Source: Octopus vulgaris (lineage: Eukaryota). From it: 64,000 bases of DNA. Below, one piece after another: positions 13,151 through 25,610 of the stretch. Made by a program: the position numbers and the translations under genes. Each line of letters opens with the position of its first letter. The stretch's first letter is position 1. Where the stretch lies: assembly GCA_951406725.2 (NCBI GenBank), contig OX597820.1, positions 79,050,001 to 79,114,000 on the forward strand, in the 5' to 3' direction. The notes beneath the pieces are model-generated. The model did not search any database, had not been told where the DNA came from, and worked only from the letters and a program-made list of their open reading frames with translations.

Positions 13151-14306
13151 CTCTAATGCTCATAAATTCAGATAAAATGAAGAAACACTACCCGACCAGC
13201 ATTACTATTGGGTTGGAAAATCAAGAATTTTTTGCATTTGAATTGCCATTATCAATACAAACTACAGATTCACAGACAGAGAAATCAAATCTGATTGTAA
13301 AGTAAAACAAAAATGTTTCTACAAAGACAAAAAAAAAAAATTATAAGCCTAGAGAGCCGAAATCAACCAGTAAGCTTGAGTAGCTATCCCTCCAGCTCAA
13401 TATATCAGCCATACTTCCCTCAGTATCATCATCATCCTTTAATGTCCATTTTCCATGCTCACATGGGTTGGACGGCTTCACAGGAGCTGGCCAGCTGCCC
13501 AGGTTCCAGGCATCTGTTTTGGAATGTTTTTATGGCTGGATGCCCTTCCTAACATGCCAACCACTTTAGTGTACCAGGTGCTCTTAAGCAACACTGGCAC
13601 AGGCATGCTTATGCAGCACTGGTAAAGGTGCTTTTTACATGGCGCCAGCACCCATGAGCCTGCAAAATTAGGAAAGCACAGCTGGAGAGGGATGTAGGGG
13701 ACACACCTGTATGCAAAGGTAACAATAATTTTACTGAGCTTGACATGTCTTCTCAAGCACAGCAAACCACCAAGGGTCTCAGTCCCCTGTCATCCCCACT
13801 ATTGGGCCCAACATCTGAAGATCCTTTCTCACTACTTCATCCCGTCTTCCTCGGTCTACCCCTTCCACATGTTCTCACCACAATTAGAGACTGGCATCTC
13901 TTGATGTAACTGATGTAACTATAGTGTACAGTCAGCTCTCTTGCACAATACATCTGATGCCTTGTTTACTTGACGACTTCCCTAAATATATTTCACATTA
14001 ATTTTACAGTAGTAAGAAGCAGCAAACAGGACAAAATACTCAGCCATATTTTTCTGGATCTACATTCCAAGTTCAAATTCCACCAAAGTCAATTTTACTT
14101 TACATCCTTTTGGGATCAATAAATTGAGTATTGGAATCTGTAATTGACTTAATCCTCCCTATAAAATTGCTTGTGACAAAATTAGAATTTTACAACAGGA
14201 ACCGTATAATAAAACCCTAAATTTTATGAGCATCTCACAGTAAATTAAACAGCAATTATTTTAACTAGATCGTTTGTCAACTTATTGTCAAAACTAAATC
14301 TGCTCT

Positions 14307-14530
14307 TATTTCGCTTTTGGATTTGGATTTGGTTTGCAAGATTCTTTACGTAAGTTCGTGTGTTGAAGCACATTCTGTTGTGTCTGGGGAGTGTCATTTT
14401 CTTTTTGTGCCTTATAATTTAAATAAAAACATAATTTGAATAAAAATAAGAAATAAGTGGAAATTTTACCAGTGAGTGTATTAAATTACAAGGCACAAAA
14501 AGAAAATGACTCTCCCCAGACACAACAGAA
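14307..14530. mobile_element. Penelope-like truncated insertion with inverted duplication
   Basis: 12-bp direct repeat TAAATCTGCTCT at 14295-306 and 14531-42. About 50-bp inverted arms at 14372-14422 and 14481-14531. One frame reads ITRHKKKMTL, resembling a PLE GIY-YIG C-terminus. Confidence 0.55.
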
Positions 14531-15217
14531 TAAATCTGCTCTCTTATACTATAATGAGAAGAAGTCTTAAAGCTACGATGAATAGAAATTGAATTCAAGA
14601 TTTTAACATTGACACATACATTGACAGAAACTGATTAAATTTCTTTGTATCATATTTGTACTTTTCAGTCTTTTGCCTTTAAGGTAAACAACTGTTTTAC
14701 TAAATTCAAACATTTGCATACCATTATAAAAATGAGAAAGAAAACTTGTACCTCAATTTTGTTCTCTTTTTTTTCCTTTTTTTTTTTTTGTTATTTCAAT
14801 AAGTGTTATGTTAATTAATGAGGGAAAGGAAGCTCTTCCAAATTAGTATGGAACTCTGAATTTTAAAACAGATAAAAACAAAAATTCTGTTTAGACTGAC
14901 CACTTTGTTAAATAGGAATGATGAGACAAGTTTTCATATCTACTGAATACACACACACACACAGTAGTAAGACAGGTAGGATGGAGAGTTTTGCTGTGAA
15001 TAGAGTTGGAAAGAAAACAGGTAGCAAACATAATGACTCTATAAAGAGGAGTGATATTTTACTAAGCCATCCTGGTTGAAAAGTAATACAAAAGAATTCT
15101 ACAAAGTTTCTAAAGACTCTTGGCAAAGGAACAGAAGACTGCATGCATTCCTGTGTAAAGAAGCTTACTTCCCAATCACTTGGTTCTGAGTTCAGTCCTA
15201 TAGTGTGGTAATTTGGT

Positions 15218-15575
15218 GCAGGTGTGGCTGCGTAGTAAAAAGCTTGCTTCCCTACAACATGGTTCTGGGTTCAATCCCACTGCATGGCAAGTGTCTACTA
15301 CAGTTTCGGGCTGACCAAAGCCTTGTGAGTGGATTTGGTAGACGGAAACTAAAAGAAGCCCATTGTGGGTATGTGTGTGTGTGTCTGTGTTAGTCCTCCG
15401 ACCATCGCTTGACAACTGATGTTGATGTGTTTATGTCCCCCATAACTTAGTTTGGCAAAAGAGACCGATAGAATAAGTACTAGGCTTACAAAGAATAAGT
15501 CCTGGGGTCAATTTGTTTGACTAAAAGCAATGCTACAGCATGGCCGCAGTCAAATGACTGAAAGAAGAATAAAAA
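15218..15575 (+). mobile_element. Family A SINE
   Basis: Same head, core, (TG)n and tail organisation. Confidence 0.85.
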
Positions 15576-16133
15576 AAGTCTTACTATAATCCTGGGCCAA
15601 CTTGTGAGTGGATTTGGTACACAGGAACTGAATGAAGCCCATCATGTATCTATATACGTAAGTAACATGATTTATTCAAAAGTAAATACAGTGTGTGTGA
15701 ACTGATGTTTCCTTGTCTATTTTAAAAAGTGTCCTCTTCATACGAGAATGTTGTTCGTTTCCTGATGGAGAACATGCCTAGTTAAAGCAATGACCTTGCT
15801 TGGAAACAGATGACGTTTAGTTATAGGAATAGCATCCTGTTGTAGGAAAATCTGCCACAACAAATTCCATCCAACCCATGCAAGCAAGGAAAAGCATACA
15901 ATAACGATGATGACAAAGTTAATAAAACAGAAAATGTCTGCAACAAACAACTCGGGCATCCAAGAACCAAATGAGGATATTAAAGAGGGCAGTGTGTTAG
16001 GCTGCCATCTTTGGACAGGCAATATTAATAATTTAACTTTCCTCTGCAAAATGTTTGGGATCAAACTATTGCTTATTCTAACAGAATATTTTCATTTTCC
16101 TCATTCATTTTTCATGATTTAGAGCAATACAGG

Positions 16134-16590
16134 TGATCTGGCAGAATCGTTAGCACATCAGGCAAAATGCTTAGTGGTATTTTATCTGTCTTTATGTTCT
16201 GAGTTCAAATTCTGCTGAGGTTGGCTTTGCCTTTCATCATTTCGGGGTCGATAGATTAAGCACCAGTTGCACACTAGAGTCGATCTAATTGACTGGCCCC
16301 CTCCCAAAAAATTTTGGGCCTTGTGCTTAGAACAGAAAAGAATAATAAACACACATGAGGGCAGCAAGCAGGCAGAATCGTTAGCATGCCAGGCAAAATG
16401 CTTAGCAGTATTTCATGTCTTTGCATTCTGAGTTCAAATTCTGCCGAGGTCGACTTTGCTTTTCATCCTTTCAGGGTTGATTAAATAAGTACCAGTTATG
16501 CACTGGGGTCAATATAATTGACTTAATCCGTTTGTCTGTCCTTGTTTGTCCCCTCTATGTTTAGCCCCCTGTGGGCAATAAAGAAATAAA
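16134..16590 (+). mobile_element. Two tandem family B SINEs with different 3' tails
   Basis: The head GGCAGAATCGTTAGCA..GAGTTCAAATTCTGC..TTTCATC.TTTC.GGGT.GAT occurs at about 16134 and again at about 16359. Confidence 0.85.
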
Positions 16591-16730
16591 ATACAGTTGG
16601 TTCAAATCTGTGTGTCTCTATAACAATGCTTTCCATTCTGAGCAGCTAAGTAATAACCAGTTAGAAACAGGATGTTGAAGCTTGAGAAATCTAAAGAAAA
16701 TGTCATTTTGAAAGACACAAAAAAGAAACC

Positions 16731-17818
16731 CAGGATATTCCATCCGGATATTGTACGATGGGTTGGTGCCTTCCTCTCAGATCACTCCTTCCAAGTTCAA
16801 GTTAATGGTTCGCAGTCCAACGTCTCCAGTGCGAGCAGTGGCGTGCCTCAAGGTTCAGTGCTTGGGCCCTTGTTGTTCTTAGTCTTCATAAATGACTTGC
16901 CCGACGACCTCACGCAACACACCCTTCTATTTGCCGACGATATCAAACTGGTCGCTCCTCGCGGTAGTATAGAGGATCTTCGTCGATGCCTCCACCAAAT
17001 TTGGAAGTGGTCTAACGATTGGGACCTGTGTCTGAACGTGTCAAAGTGCTGTCATCTGCCTGTCGGCTCTACTCCTGCAACTCAACTTGATTTCGAGCCG
17101 GGTCGTCTGCTGCTGGAGAGGACCGATCAGGTAAAGGACCTGGGTATCTTGGTGGATTCCTCCTTTTCGCCTTCGGCCCAGTGCGTCCATGCTGCCAACA
17201 AAGCACGCGGAATTCTGTTTTTGATTCGACGGTCATTCGGAATGCTCACAGCAGCCATATTCCTGCCACTCTATGTCACGCTGGTGAGACCCATATTGGA
17301 GTACGGGATTCAAGCCTCTTCTCCTTATCTCCTCAAAGACATACAGCACCTCGAAAGAGTCCAGAGGCTGGCTACCCGCATGGTTCATGGTCTCAAAAAT
17401 TTGTCCTACGAAGAAAGGCTGAGGACGCTCGACCTTTATTCTCTTGAAAAACGCCGCCGCCGTGGTGATCTCATTCTCGCCCACAACATCATAAGCGGGA
17501 AGTGTAACCTCTCGAAAGAGCTGTTCTTCACTCCTGCTCCGGAGCGTCGGCTGCGGGGTCATTCCGAAAAGCTCTACCTGCGACGATTTCATCTCAATCG
17601 AAGGAGAGGAGTTTTCTCCGTCCGGGTTGCGGATCCGTGGAACAAGCTGCCAGACGAGATGGTGAAGATGCCGACGACCGCTTTGTTCAAAGCCTCTCTG
17701 GACCTCAAGTGGCCTGAACTCTTTACATGAACACCACCCTGTACTTAACTCCATGTCCCCCTACATGGCCTTGCTATTTGCTTTTGAGCCAAATTAACTA
17801 ACTAACTAACTAACTAAC
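16731..17818 (+). mobile_element. 5'-truncated CR1-clade LINE (RT C-terminal part, 3'UTR and (TAAC)n tail)
   Basis: ORF 16672-17730 contains GVPQGSVLGPLLFLVFINDL, LFADDIKL, KDLGILVD, LVRPILEY, RRRRGDLI and RGHSEKL...WNKLP. GC content is above the flanks. The element ends in taactaactaac. Confidence 0.95.
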
Positions 17819-17842
17819 ATATCTTTTGTTTTACAGACAATG

Positions 17843-18265
17843 ACTAGTTTCGGTCATTGGACTGTGGCCATGCTGGGGCATCACCTTGAAGCATTTAGTT
17901 GAATAAATCAATCCCAGCACTTATTCTATTGATCTCTTTTGCCAAACTACTAAGTTATAGGATGTAAACAAACCAACACCAGTTGTCAAGTGGTAGAAGG
18001 AGACAGTGCTAGCACGGAAAACGGACGTTAAACGATGATGATGATGATGATGATGAATATATATATATATACACACACACACATATGCATACACACATGC
18101 ACAGGAAGGCTTCCACACAGTTTCTGCTAACCAAATTCACTCACAAGGTGTTGATTGGCCCAGGGCTATAGTAGCAGACACTTGTTCAAGGTATTGTGCA
18201 ATGGGACCGAACCTAAAACAATGTGGTTGTAAAGTGAGCATCTTAACCACAAAGCCAAGCCTACA
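17843..18265 (-). mobile_element. Family A SINE with a nested (GAT)n tail fragment
   Basis: Reverse complement of family A. GCTAGCACGGAAAACGGACGTTAAACGATGATG is inserted at about 18008-18056. Confidence 0.75.
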
Positions 18266-18593
18266 CCTTCAGAGAAACAGATGTGTGATATCTAATGTCA
18301 GAACAAGTAGTTAACCATATATCAAATTTGGTTGGAATCTAATTTCACATATGAACAGACTATTTACCGGGTAACTACAACTGCTCAAATCAGCAACTAA
18401 ATCTCCATGGATCCCACCATACCAATTTAAAAGAAGGACACTACTTAGTGCAGTCCTAGACACAATATATCTTGAAAAGAATAAAGGGATGGACTGTCAC
18501 AGCTGGAACACAATTTAATCTTAAATCAGACCTAACATATGCTTAACAATTACAGGTCTTTACCAATGCAAAAAAGAAAAAAATTATACACAT

Positions 18594-18754
18594 AGGCACT
18601 GGAGTGGCTGTGTGGTAAATAGCTTGCTTACCAACTATATAGTTCCGGGTTCAGTCCCACTGCATGGCACCTTGGGCAAGAGTCTTCGACTACAGCCTCG
18701 GGCCAACCAAAGCCTTGTAAGTGGATTTGGTAGACGGAAACTAAGAGAAGCCCG

Positions 18755-18791
<37 letters not shown>

Positions 18792-18975
18792 TGTGTGTCT
18801 GCTTTTTTCCCCCCTCCACTATCGCTTGACAACCGATGTTGGTGTATTTACGACCCCGTAACTTAGCAGCTAGGCAAAAGAGACCAACAGAATAAGTCCT
18901 AGAGTCGATTTGTTCGACTAGAGGTGGTGCTCCAGCATGGCCACAGTCAAATGACTGAAACGAATCAAAGAATAA
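18594..18975 (+). mobile_element. Family A SINE, well preserved
   Basis: GGAGTGGCTGTGTGGTAAATAGC..CCGGGTTCAGTCCC..CCTTGGGCAAG..(TG)n..AATGACTGAAAC. Confidence 0.85.
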
Positions 18976-20182
18976 TACATTAAAGAAATACAAGATTGTA
19001 TCTCTAAGAAGACTGGCAAGAAAGGACTGGATAGAAGAAGATGGAAAAGATTAGAGTAATTATAAAGGAATACATCAACAGCAACAAGTGAATGCATCAT
19101 GGACAATATGAGACATGCCAAAGAGTTAAAAGACAGTAAAAATGAAGTTCTAGTAAAAAGTGTTACTGAATAGAATATTGATAGCATCTGTCGCTAATAA
19201 TCATTTTTTTAATAATATGTTCCACTGGCTATTCAGGACAGCAGAGCCTGATTAGGCACTGAGATTCTATGTATATCAATAGTGAGATATTGCAGCTATC
19301 TCCCTACCAATGACAGGACCAGGGAAGGCCAAAACCATGTGATCAGGTAGTGGTGGTAGCAGGTGATTTTTCTCTCACTGGTAATTTAAACAAGAGTTCA
19401 TATGCACCAAAAGCCCATATGGAGGGGGGGTCCCTCATAGTAACTATCACAGTATAGTGTGTTCTAACACAACACTCACTTTTAAGTGGGGAAAAATACT
19501 ACCTTTTGGTATTAAAAATGCTTCTGTTGCTAATAATTATCTAAACGATGCTTGTTCTTCATTCACCTTTGATAAATGGAGCTTTGGCCAGGAGGAATTT
19601 AGGCCATCAGTTGGTACCCAACAATCACTGTATGTTTCAACCCTGAACTTTAATGCCTGCCCGTTGGTGGGTCAGCAGTGGTGGCTAAATCACTGTTTAT
19701 TGTCTCCTCCTGGCTTTCAGCTTAATTCCTCTCCCTTGCTCTGTTTCTGTTGCCTCTTCAATCGTGCATGCAGCTACCTTTTGCTCTTTTATTCTTATTC
19801 CAAAAAAAAAAAAGGTAGCTGTACACAGGAAAGGAGAAATTTAATAAATACAACACAAGAGTAAACATAAATAGAGGTTGTTAAAAGAACTGCAAACATG
19901 ATTAATCTATTTGTTTGAGATAATGGTCAATCAATTTTAGTTCAAGACATTCTGAATGGTCATCTGAAAATGTTACTGAAGAATCTTACTTAATCACACG
20001 TTAGTCAATATTCAAATGGTACTCGTAAGACCAGTAGAAATGGCAAGATGGCAGTGTATGTCAGTATGACCTGGTAATGAGTTTTACAGAAAAGAAAGAT
20101 ATGGTCAGAGTGTAAGACATAGAACACACAGCTCTTCTACCTTACAACGGAATACAACTTTTATGAAAAGATTAAGCATTAA

Positions 20183-20718
20183 CCCTTAAAGGGTGGGAAA
20201 GGTTTGTATTGAATGCATGTACCAAACAAGCAAGAAACAAAAAATATCTTAAGGATAAGTTTTATACTTATTTTCACTTTAAATAGGTACAAAAACCATG
20301 AAAATGATATTTTAACTCTTCAATTATAAAAATAAAGACAAAAGGGCAATAAAAGAACTGTGAAGTTCCTAAATTTAATGTTTTTTTTAATAAATTGGAA
20401 AAAAATCGGTTTACTATTTTCATCTAAAGTTAGAAGTGTCATTTTCTTCTGTGCTATCTAAAGCATCATCATCATCATCATCTGCTTCATTTGATGATGA
20501 AGGAAATCCAGAAAAAACTTCATTGCTGTATAAAATCTTCTATTTGCAGCTCGATCTCTCCCATCAATAAGGAACACTTACGCTTAGGTGTATTTGACAA
20601 AGTAGATGCTCAGGTGTCAAGTGATGATGGCTGCATCCACATAAAATTTTTGAAATATCAGTTTATGATGTTCAGTTCTCTAATGAAACATCAATTGATG
20701 AAATTTACCATTTAAGGG
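20183..20718. mobile_element. piggyBac-like non-autonomous element
   Basis: TTAA|CCCTTAAAGGGT ... ACCATTTAAGGG|TTAA. An acidic stretch (DEADDDDDDALDSTEEND) lies on the minus strand. Confidence 0.6.
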
Positions 20719-21945
20719 TTAATGCCTATTACAAGGCATTTTATATTCATCTCATCTTACTTCAAAGAGGAGAAAATTTCACAAACTGAAAGGAACTTAA
20801 ATAATAAATTAAGTTTCAACATTTTGAGGAGAAATTTATTCAAGAGGCTTTCAGTTTGTGAATTGAAATGCTTCACTCCTGTCCTGAGATTTAGTTCAAA
20901 ACCTGCTACACACAGTCATTGTGATGTATCTTGATCAAAGACCATAACTCTGCTTAACTGTCAAGATGGGCAATAAATTCAGTTCATATTTCGTGAATGC
21001 TTCTCATTTAGGAGATCTAATAGAAAAATTAATTCTTCTCCAACAAAACTATCCCTCCCAGGTTCAGTAAAGCTAGAGCCAGGCATGAGCTCCCATGAGT
21101 ACACATAAAAATAAACTGAGCACATATTTTTGTAAGCATAATTGCAATGCCAAACACAGTTATTCAAACTGTCATAAATTTGTTACAGACATTATTAAAG
21201 AAATATTCCATGAGTATAAAAGATAGATAGCAGTCATGGTCAAAATGCAGGTCACATGTGGCCACTTTTGGGCTTCTGAATGGAACACCTAATTTCATAT
21301 CTATATAGAATGAATAAAGTAATCATTCCTCTCAGAAAGCTGTATTCCATGCATCCTTGTTATGACAGTGGTATGGCATCATGAAACTGGGAAACATGTG
21401 AAAACAAGTTACTGGTGCTACATGTGTTCAAATTATACACCCAAAATCTATTATGTCTACTCTTGTGTCCAATGACTACTGGTTGCCCTAGCCTATGTGT
21501 CTACGGCAAGCTGAAGTAAAATCAATCACTGCATTATCTCCTTTGATTTGCTTGATTCTTCCTGCTGCTGATTAGAATATGTGACTTGATGTCATCCTGA
21601 TGCAGACATCAAGAAAAAAGGAGGGTTAAAAAGCACTCCCTGTAGGATACCAGTAATTAATGTAAGACTATCTCTTATATAGCTATCTCTTTTTATATAG
21701 TATTTTGAGAACAATAGTAGCACATGTCTAGTCCATGACTAAATCATAGCAATGAAACATTGAATACCAGAGTGCTTCACATTCTACCCATCACCTTATT
21801 TTGTAAAGGAGTAAAAAAAAAAAAAAAAGAATGGTTATTTCAAGGAGTATTTTATGAGACAAGAAAACATTTTTAAATACATATTGTTTAGATTTTTAAA
21901 AACAGTTTTTAGTTACAAATTTTATGTATAAAAACTTATGTAATC

Positions 21946-22251
21946 ACGTTGTTGTTCCTTCTCAAGCCATGCCTGGCTCATAAGGGCTGGTTTCCAAGTT
22001 TCATCGGTGTATAGGTTCCCCACCTGGACGGGATGCCAGTCTGTCTCAGGTGAGCTGCTAGATGCAGGAGGAAAGAGTGAGAGAAAGTTGTGGCAAAAGA
22101 GTCAGCAGAAGTTTGCCATTGCCTTCTGCCAGAGCCATGTGGAGCTTAGGTGTTTCACTGATAAACACACACATTGCCCAGTCTGAGGTTTGAACCCACA
22201 AACCCTCGACAGTGAGTCCACTGCTCTAACCACTAGGCCATGTGCCTCCAC
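21946..22251 (-). mobile_element. tRNA-derived SINE with V-domain-like core, full length
   Basis: Head TGGCCTAGTGGTTAGAGC..GGGTTCAAACC, core GACTGGCATCCCGTCCAGG, (AAC)n tail, 9-bp TSD TATGTAATC at 21937-45 and 22252-60. Confidence 0.75.
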
Positions 22252-22789
22252 TATGTAATCCTAGTTTTTTTTTTTGCTTTTTTTTTTTAATGTGATGGTT
22301 TGGAAGTTATAAGAAGTCAAGATATATCCCAGTTTCATATAACAAATTAAATATTTGAATTAAGGATAAATTTACAAGTTTTAATTAAATGAAGAATATT
22401 TGAACAGATTTTGTTTTGTACATATATTTGGGAAAATTTAATAAATGAACTAAAAACATTTTTGCAAATACAATGATGCCAAACAGTTATTGCAACTGTC
22501 ACAAATTTGTTACAAGCATAAAAGATATATTCTAAAGGGCATTCTCTGAAGCTATAAAACCATTCAAGAATCTTCCTTCCATTTAGCATAGTAGTAAACC
22601 AGGTCACCATTGATATTCTTCAAAAAACTCTCTAATCTAGTGAGAGTTATGTACTCAAGACTTCATAATATTTATGGTAGAAACAACAACAAGCATAACA
22701 TTTTCAAATTTTACAGTGAGAATAAATTTTCTTGAAATATGCAATGAATTCTTGCATGTCACTGTTTACTAAATTCAAAGAAATTAATT

Positions 22790-23200
22790 GATCTTAATAT
22801 GGACAGAAAACTTATTTTAAGCCCAATCATTACAGGGGTCCTCCATCTGTTGCTACAATGACAAGACTTTCAAATGGGAAATTCAACTTTGTTGTTGCTT
22901 TCTTCAATTCTTCATAAATGTTATATCTTGAAATGTCTTTCATTGTCTGAAGAGCAAGTAATTCTTAGATAATATTCAATGATTTATCAATACCACATAT
23001 GAAAATTGCTGGTTGGTCCAAATCAGATATATCTGCTGTTATCAATAGCCAGTGGAAAGGAATCACATTCTCTTATTTTTCCTGACAGTGTACCTTCAAT
23101 ATCTGCTGCAATTTCTTCAACTTGTCTTTAATAATACGTAACGTATCAAAGCAACAGCATATGTTAATCACACTTCCACCAGTGTTTTCCTATTTCTAAG
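22790..23200 (-). pseudogene. hAT (GTF2IRD2/SPIN/Charlie-type) transposase relic
   Basis: Minus strand AIDN/ADISDLDQPAIFICGIDK resembles DESTDxxDxAQLAIFIRG. SLVIVATDGGP resembles TDGAP. Frameshifted. Confidence 0.6.
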
Positions 23201-24123
23201 GCAGAGGTTTTTTCATATGGTCTTCCATAGTGAAAATGGCCAACATACCTTCAATGAAAAATTGCCCTATATTGTTTTTTGGGGAGGGTAGTGTGGCCCA
23301 CCTTATGATGAGACAGATTTCCTGCAGCTACTGACCAAAATCGGTTGTCCACGCCTGATATATTCCTTATGTAAGCTATAGAAAAATATTCTATGATAAA
23401 GCTAGCAGGAAAATTTTCAGAAGACACTTTCATTGACAGACAATATACAATTTAATTCCAGTTATAAAACAACATCTATAATAAAGAAAGTAACCTCTTT
23501 AAGGATGAAATATTTGTTTTTTTATCCACTGTTTTTAATACAAATTAATAAATCTAATTTATTTTGTAGGAGTGAAAGAGTTTTAGATAACTATAGCCAC
23601 TTAACTACATATTTTCACTTCATCTTGAAGAGAAAGACATCTACATCAATATATTAATATTTAAGTGCTATTTCCTTCCCAGACTTCAACTACTAGAAAT
23701 ACTCATAATGACTATAATTTGCAAAAAGGAAATACACTGATTAAAAGAGGTGGCATTAAGTATATAAAAACGATGCTAAACCAGGCTGTTTTAATGCTAT
23801 TTAATTGTACAAGAAAGCTGCCAACTTATAATGGTTAAATAGCTGCTCAATATATTTTATAAATGTTTCTTTCCACAACTTTATACATACGACTCGCAAT
23901 CTTTGATCCTGTTCCAATGAAGCAAACACTTTTATAAACAAATTATCATAAGAGATTCACTCAAATGTTGTACTTTAAAAAAAAACAAAAAAAAAACTTG
24001 TTTAATTTCAAAATATAATTACATTACCGATTAAATATATTAAGGAAAAAAAAACTTGTAAAAAGCCAAGGAGAAAAGCCAGTGATCTGAGAAACTAAAA
24101 ACTGATTAAACATGAATACTTAC

Positions 24124-24181
24124 TCCACATAATAAAAAACACCTTCTGGGGTAATACTCAATTCCCAGCCACTAGGGAGAT
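24124..24181 (-). CDS. PLEKHA7: PLEKHA5/6/7-family gene, coding exon 3 (first half of WW2)
   Basis: Acceptor tttgtttttgcAG, donor GA|GTAAGT. 58 nt reading AT+LPSGWELSITPEGVFYYV+GA (LPxGWE WW motif), in frame with exon 2. Confidence 0.92.
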
Positions 24182-24300
24182 CTGCAAAAACAAATGGTAT
24201 TCATAAAGAATTATAAAAAAGAAATTAAAACCAAAGTTTTAGAATATAATCCACTACAAACTTTTAAGTTATTTCCTGTCTCAAGTGGATTCAACATAAA

Positions 24301-24448
24301 TTAATAGATGCTACTTTAGCGTGCAGTCTACATGGTCATTTACATTTTAGCAGGCAGTCTGACCCTAATCTTCAACCAGATCAGACCATTTAACAGCATA
24401 AGACTATCAATACAGCAGTAGACTGCATGCTAAAGTAACACCAATTAA
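24301..24448. repeat. Inverted repeat / small MITE with 31-bp arms
   Basis: TTAATAGATGCTACTTTAGCGTGCAGTCTAC versus GTAGACTGCATGCTAAAGTAACACCAATTAA. Confidence 0.7.
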
Positions 24449-24559
24449 TATATAATAAGTCTATCTTGAGACATGATTTTATTATTTTTCAATGTTTCTG
24501 TGAAACAAGATGCTAATTGCATTGGTGATTTTACTTTTATTCTATTTCTTCTTTGCATT

Positions 24560-25610
24560 GGCCTGCAGCCATGCTGGAGCACCATCTTGAAGCGTTTAGT
24601 CAAACAAATCAATACCAGTGCATTTCTTTTTTTTTTTTAAGTCTGGTACATATTCTGTCAGTCTAATTAGCTAAACTGCTAAGTTACAGAGACATAAACA
24701 AACCAACTATGATCATCATGTAGTAGACACACATATACACACAAAGATACACAGTTTCCACCAATCAAATTCACTCACAAGGCATTGGTCATTGGTCAGA
24801 CCATAGTTACAGTAGAAGATACCTCAAGGTTCTGCACAGTGGGACTGAACCTGAAACTACTTGATTACAAAGCAGGCTTCTTAGCCACATAGCCATGCAC
24901 CTGTGCGACAGCTGATTGTGACAGCTTGTAAAAATCTATTCAGAGTAAAGGAATGAAAATGTCAGGTTGTACTGAGTTTAATAAAAATGGATCTTTATAG
25001 GTGCCAGCATGGCTGTGTGGTAAGAAGTTTGTTTCCCAACCACATGGTTCCAGATTCAGTCCCACTGCATGGCACCTTGGGTGAGTGTCTTCACCTATAG
25101 CTTCAGGCCAACCAAAACCTTGTGAGTGAATATTTTAGACAGAAACTGAAAGCCTATCATATGTGTATGTGCGCATGTGTGTGTGTGTGTGTGTGTGCGT
25201 ATACAGAGAGGGTGAAAGATGTGTCAGTCTTTGTCTCCCATCAGCACTTGACAATCATGTTGGCATGTTCATGTACCTGTAACTTAACAGTTCAACAAAA
25301 GTGATTGATAAAAAATAAATACTGGGGTTGATTCATTCAACATAAAAATTCTTCGAGGTGGTGCCCTAGCATGGCCATAAGATAGAAGATATATCTATGT
25401 ATATGTGTCTGTGTTTGTTCCCCGCCACTGCTTGACAACTGGTGTTGGTTTGTTTACATCCCTTTACCTTAGCAGTTTAACAAAAATGATTGATAGAATA
25501 AATACAAAGCTTAAAAAGAAAGCAAATACAAATGTTTCAATTGACTAAAAATTCAAGGCGATGCACCAGCATGGCCACAATCTAATGACCAAGACAAATA
25601 AAAGATAAAA
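24560..25610. mobile_element. Cluster of family A SINEs (minus 24560-24900; plus 25002-25380 and 25400-25610)
   Basis: Recurrent family A motifs in opposite orientations. Confidence 0.75.

Noticed and set aside
16672-16730. N-terminus of the 352-aa ORF as a real start
   Set aside because: AT-rich flank fortuitously in frame with a 5'-truncated LINE; not a host gene.
17233-17754. 173-aa antisense ORF
   Set aside because: Shadow of the GC-rich CR1 coding strand with no recognisable motifs.
1-24123. PLEKHA exon 4 (expected D-H-x-x-x-T-T-x-x-x-H-P, phase 2)
   Set aside because: No matching exon found by eye; it probably lies outside the window, although I may have missed it.
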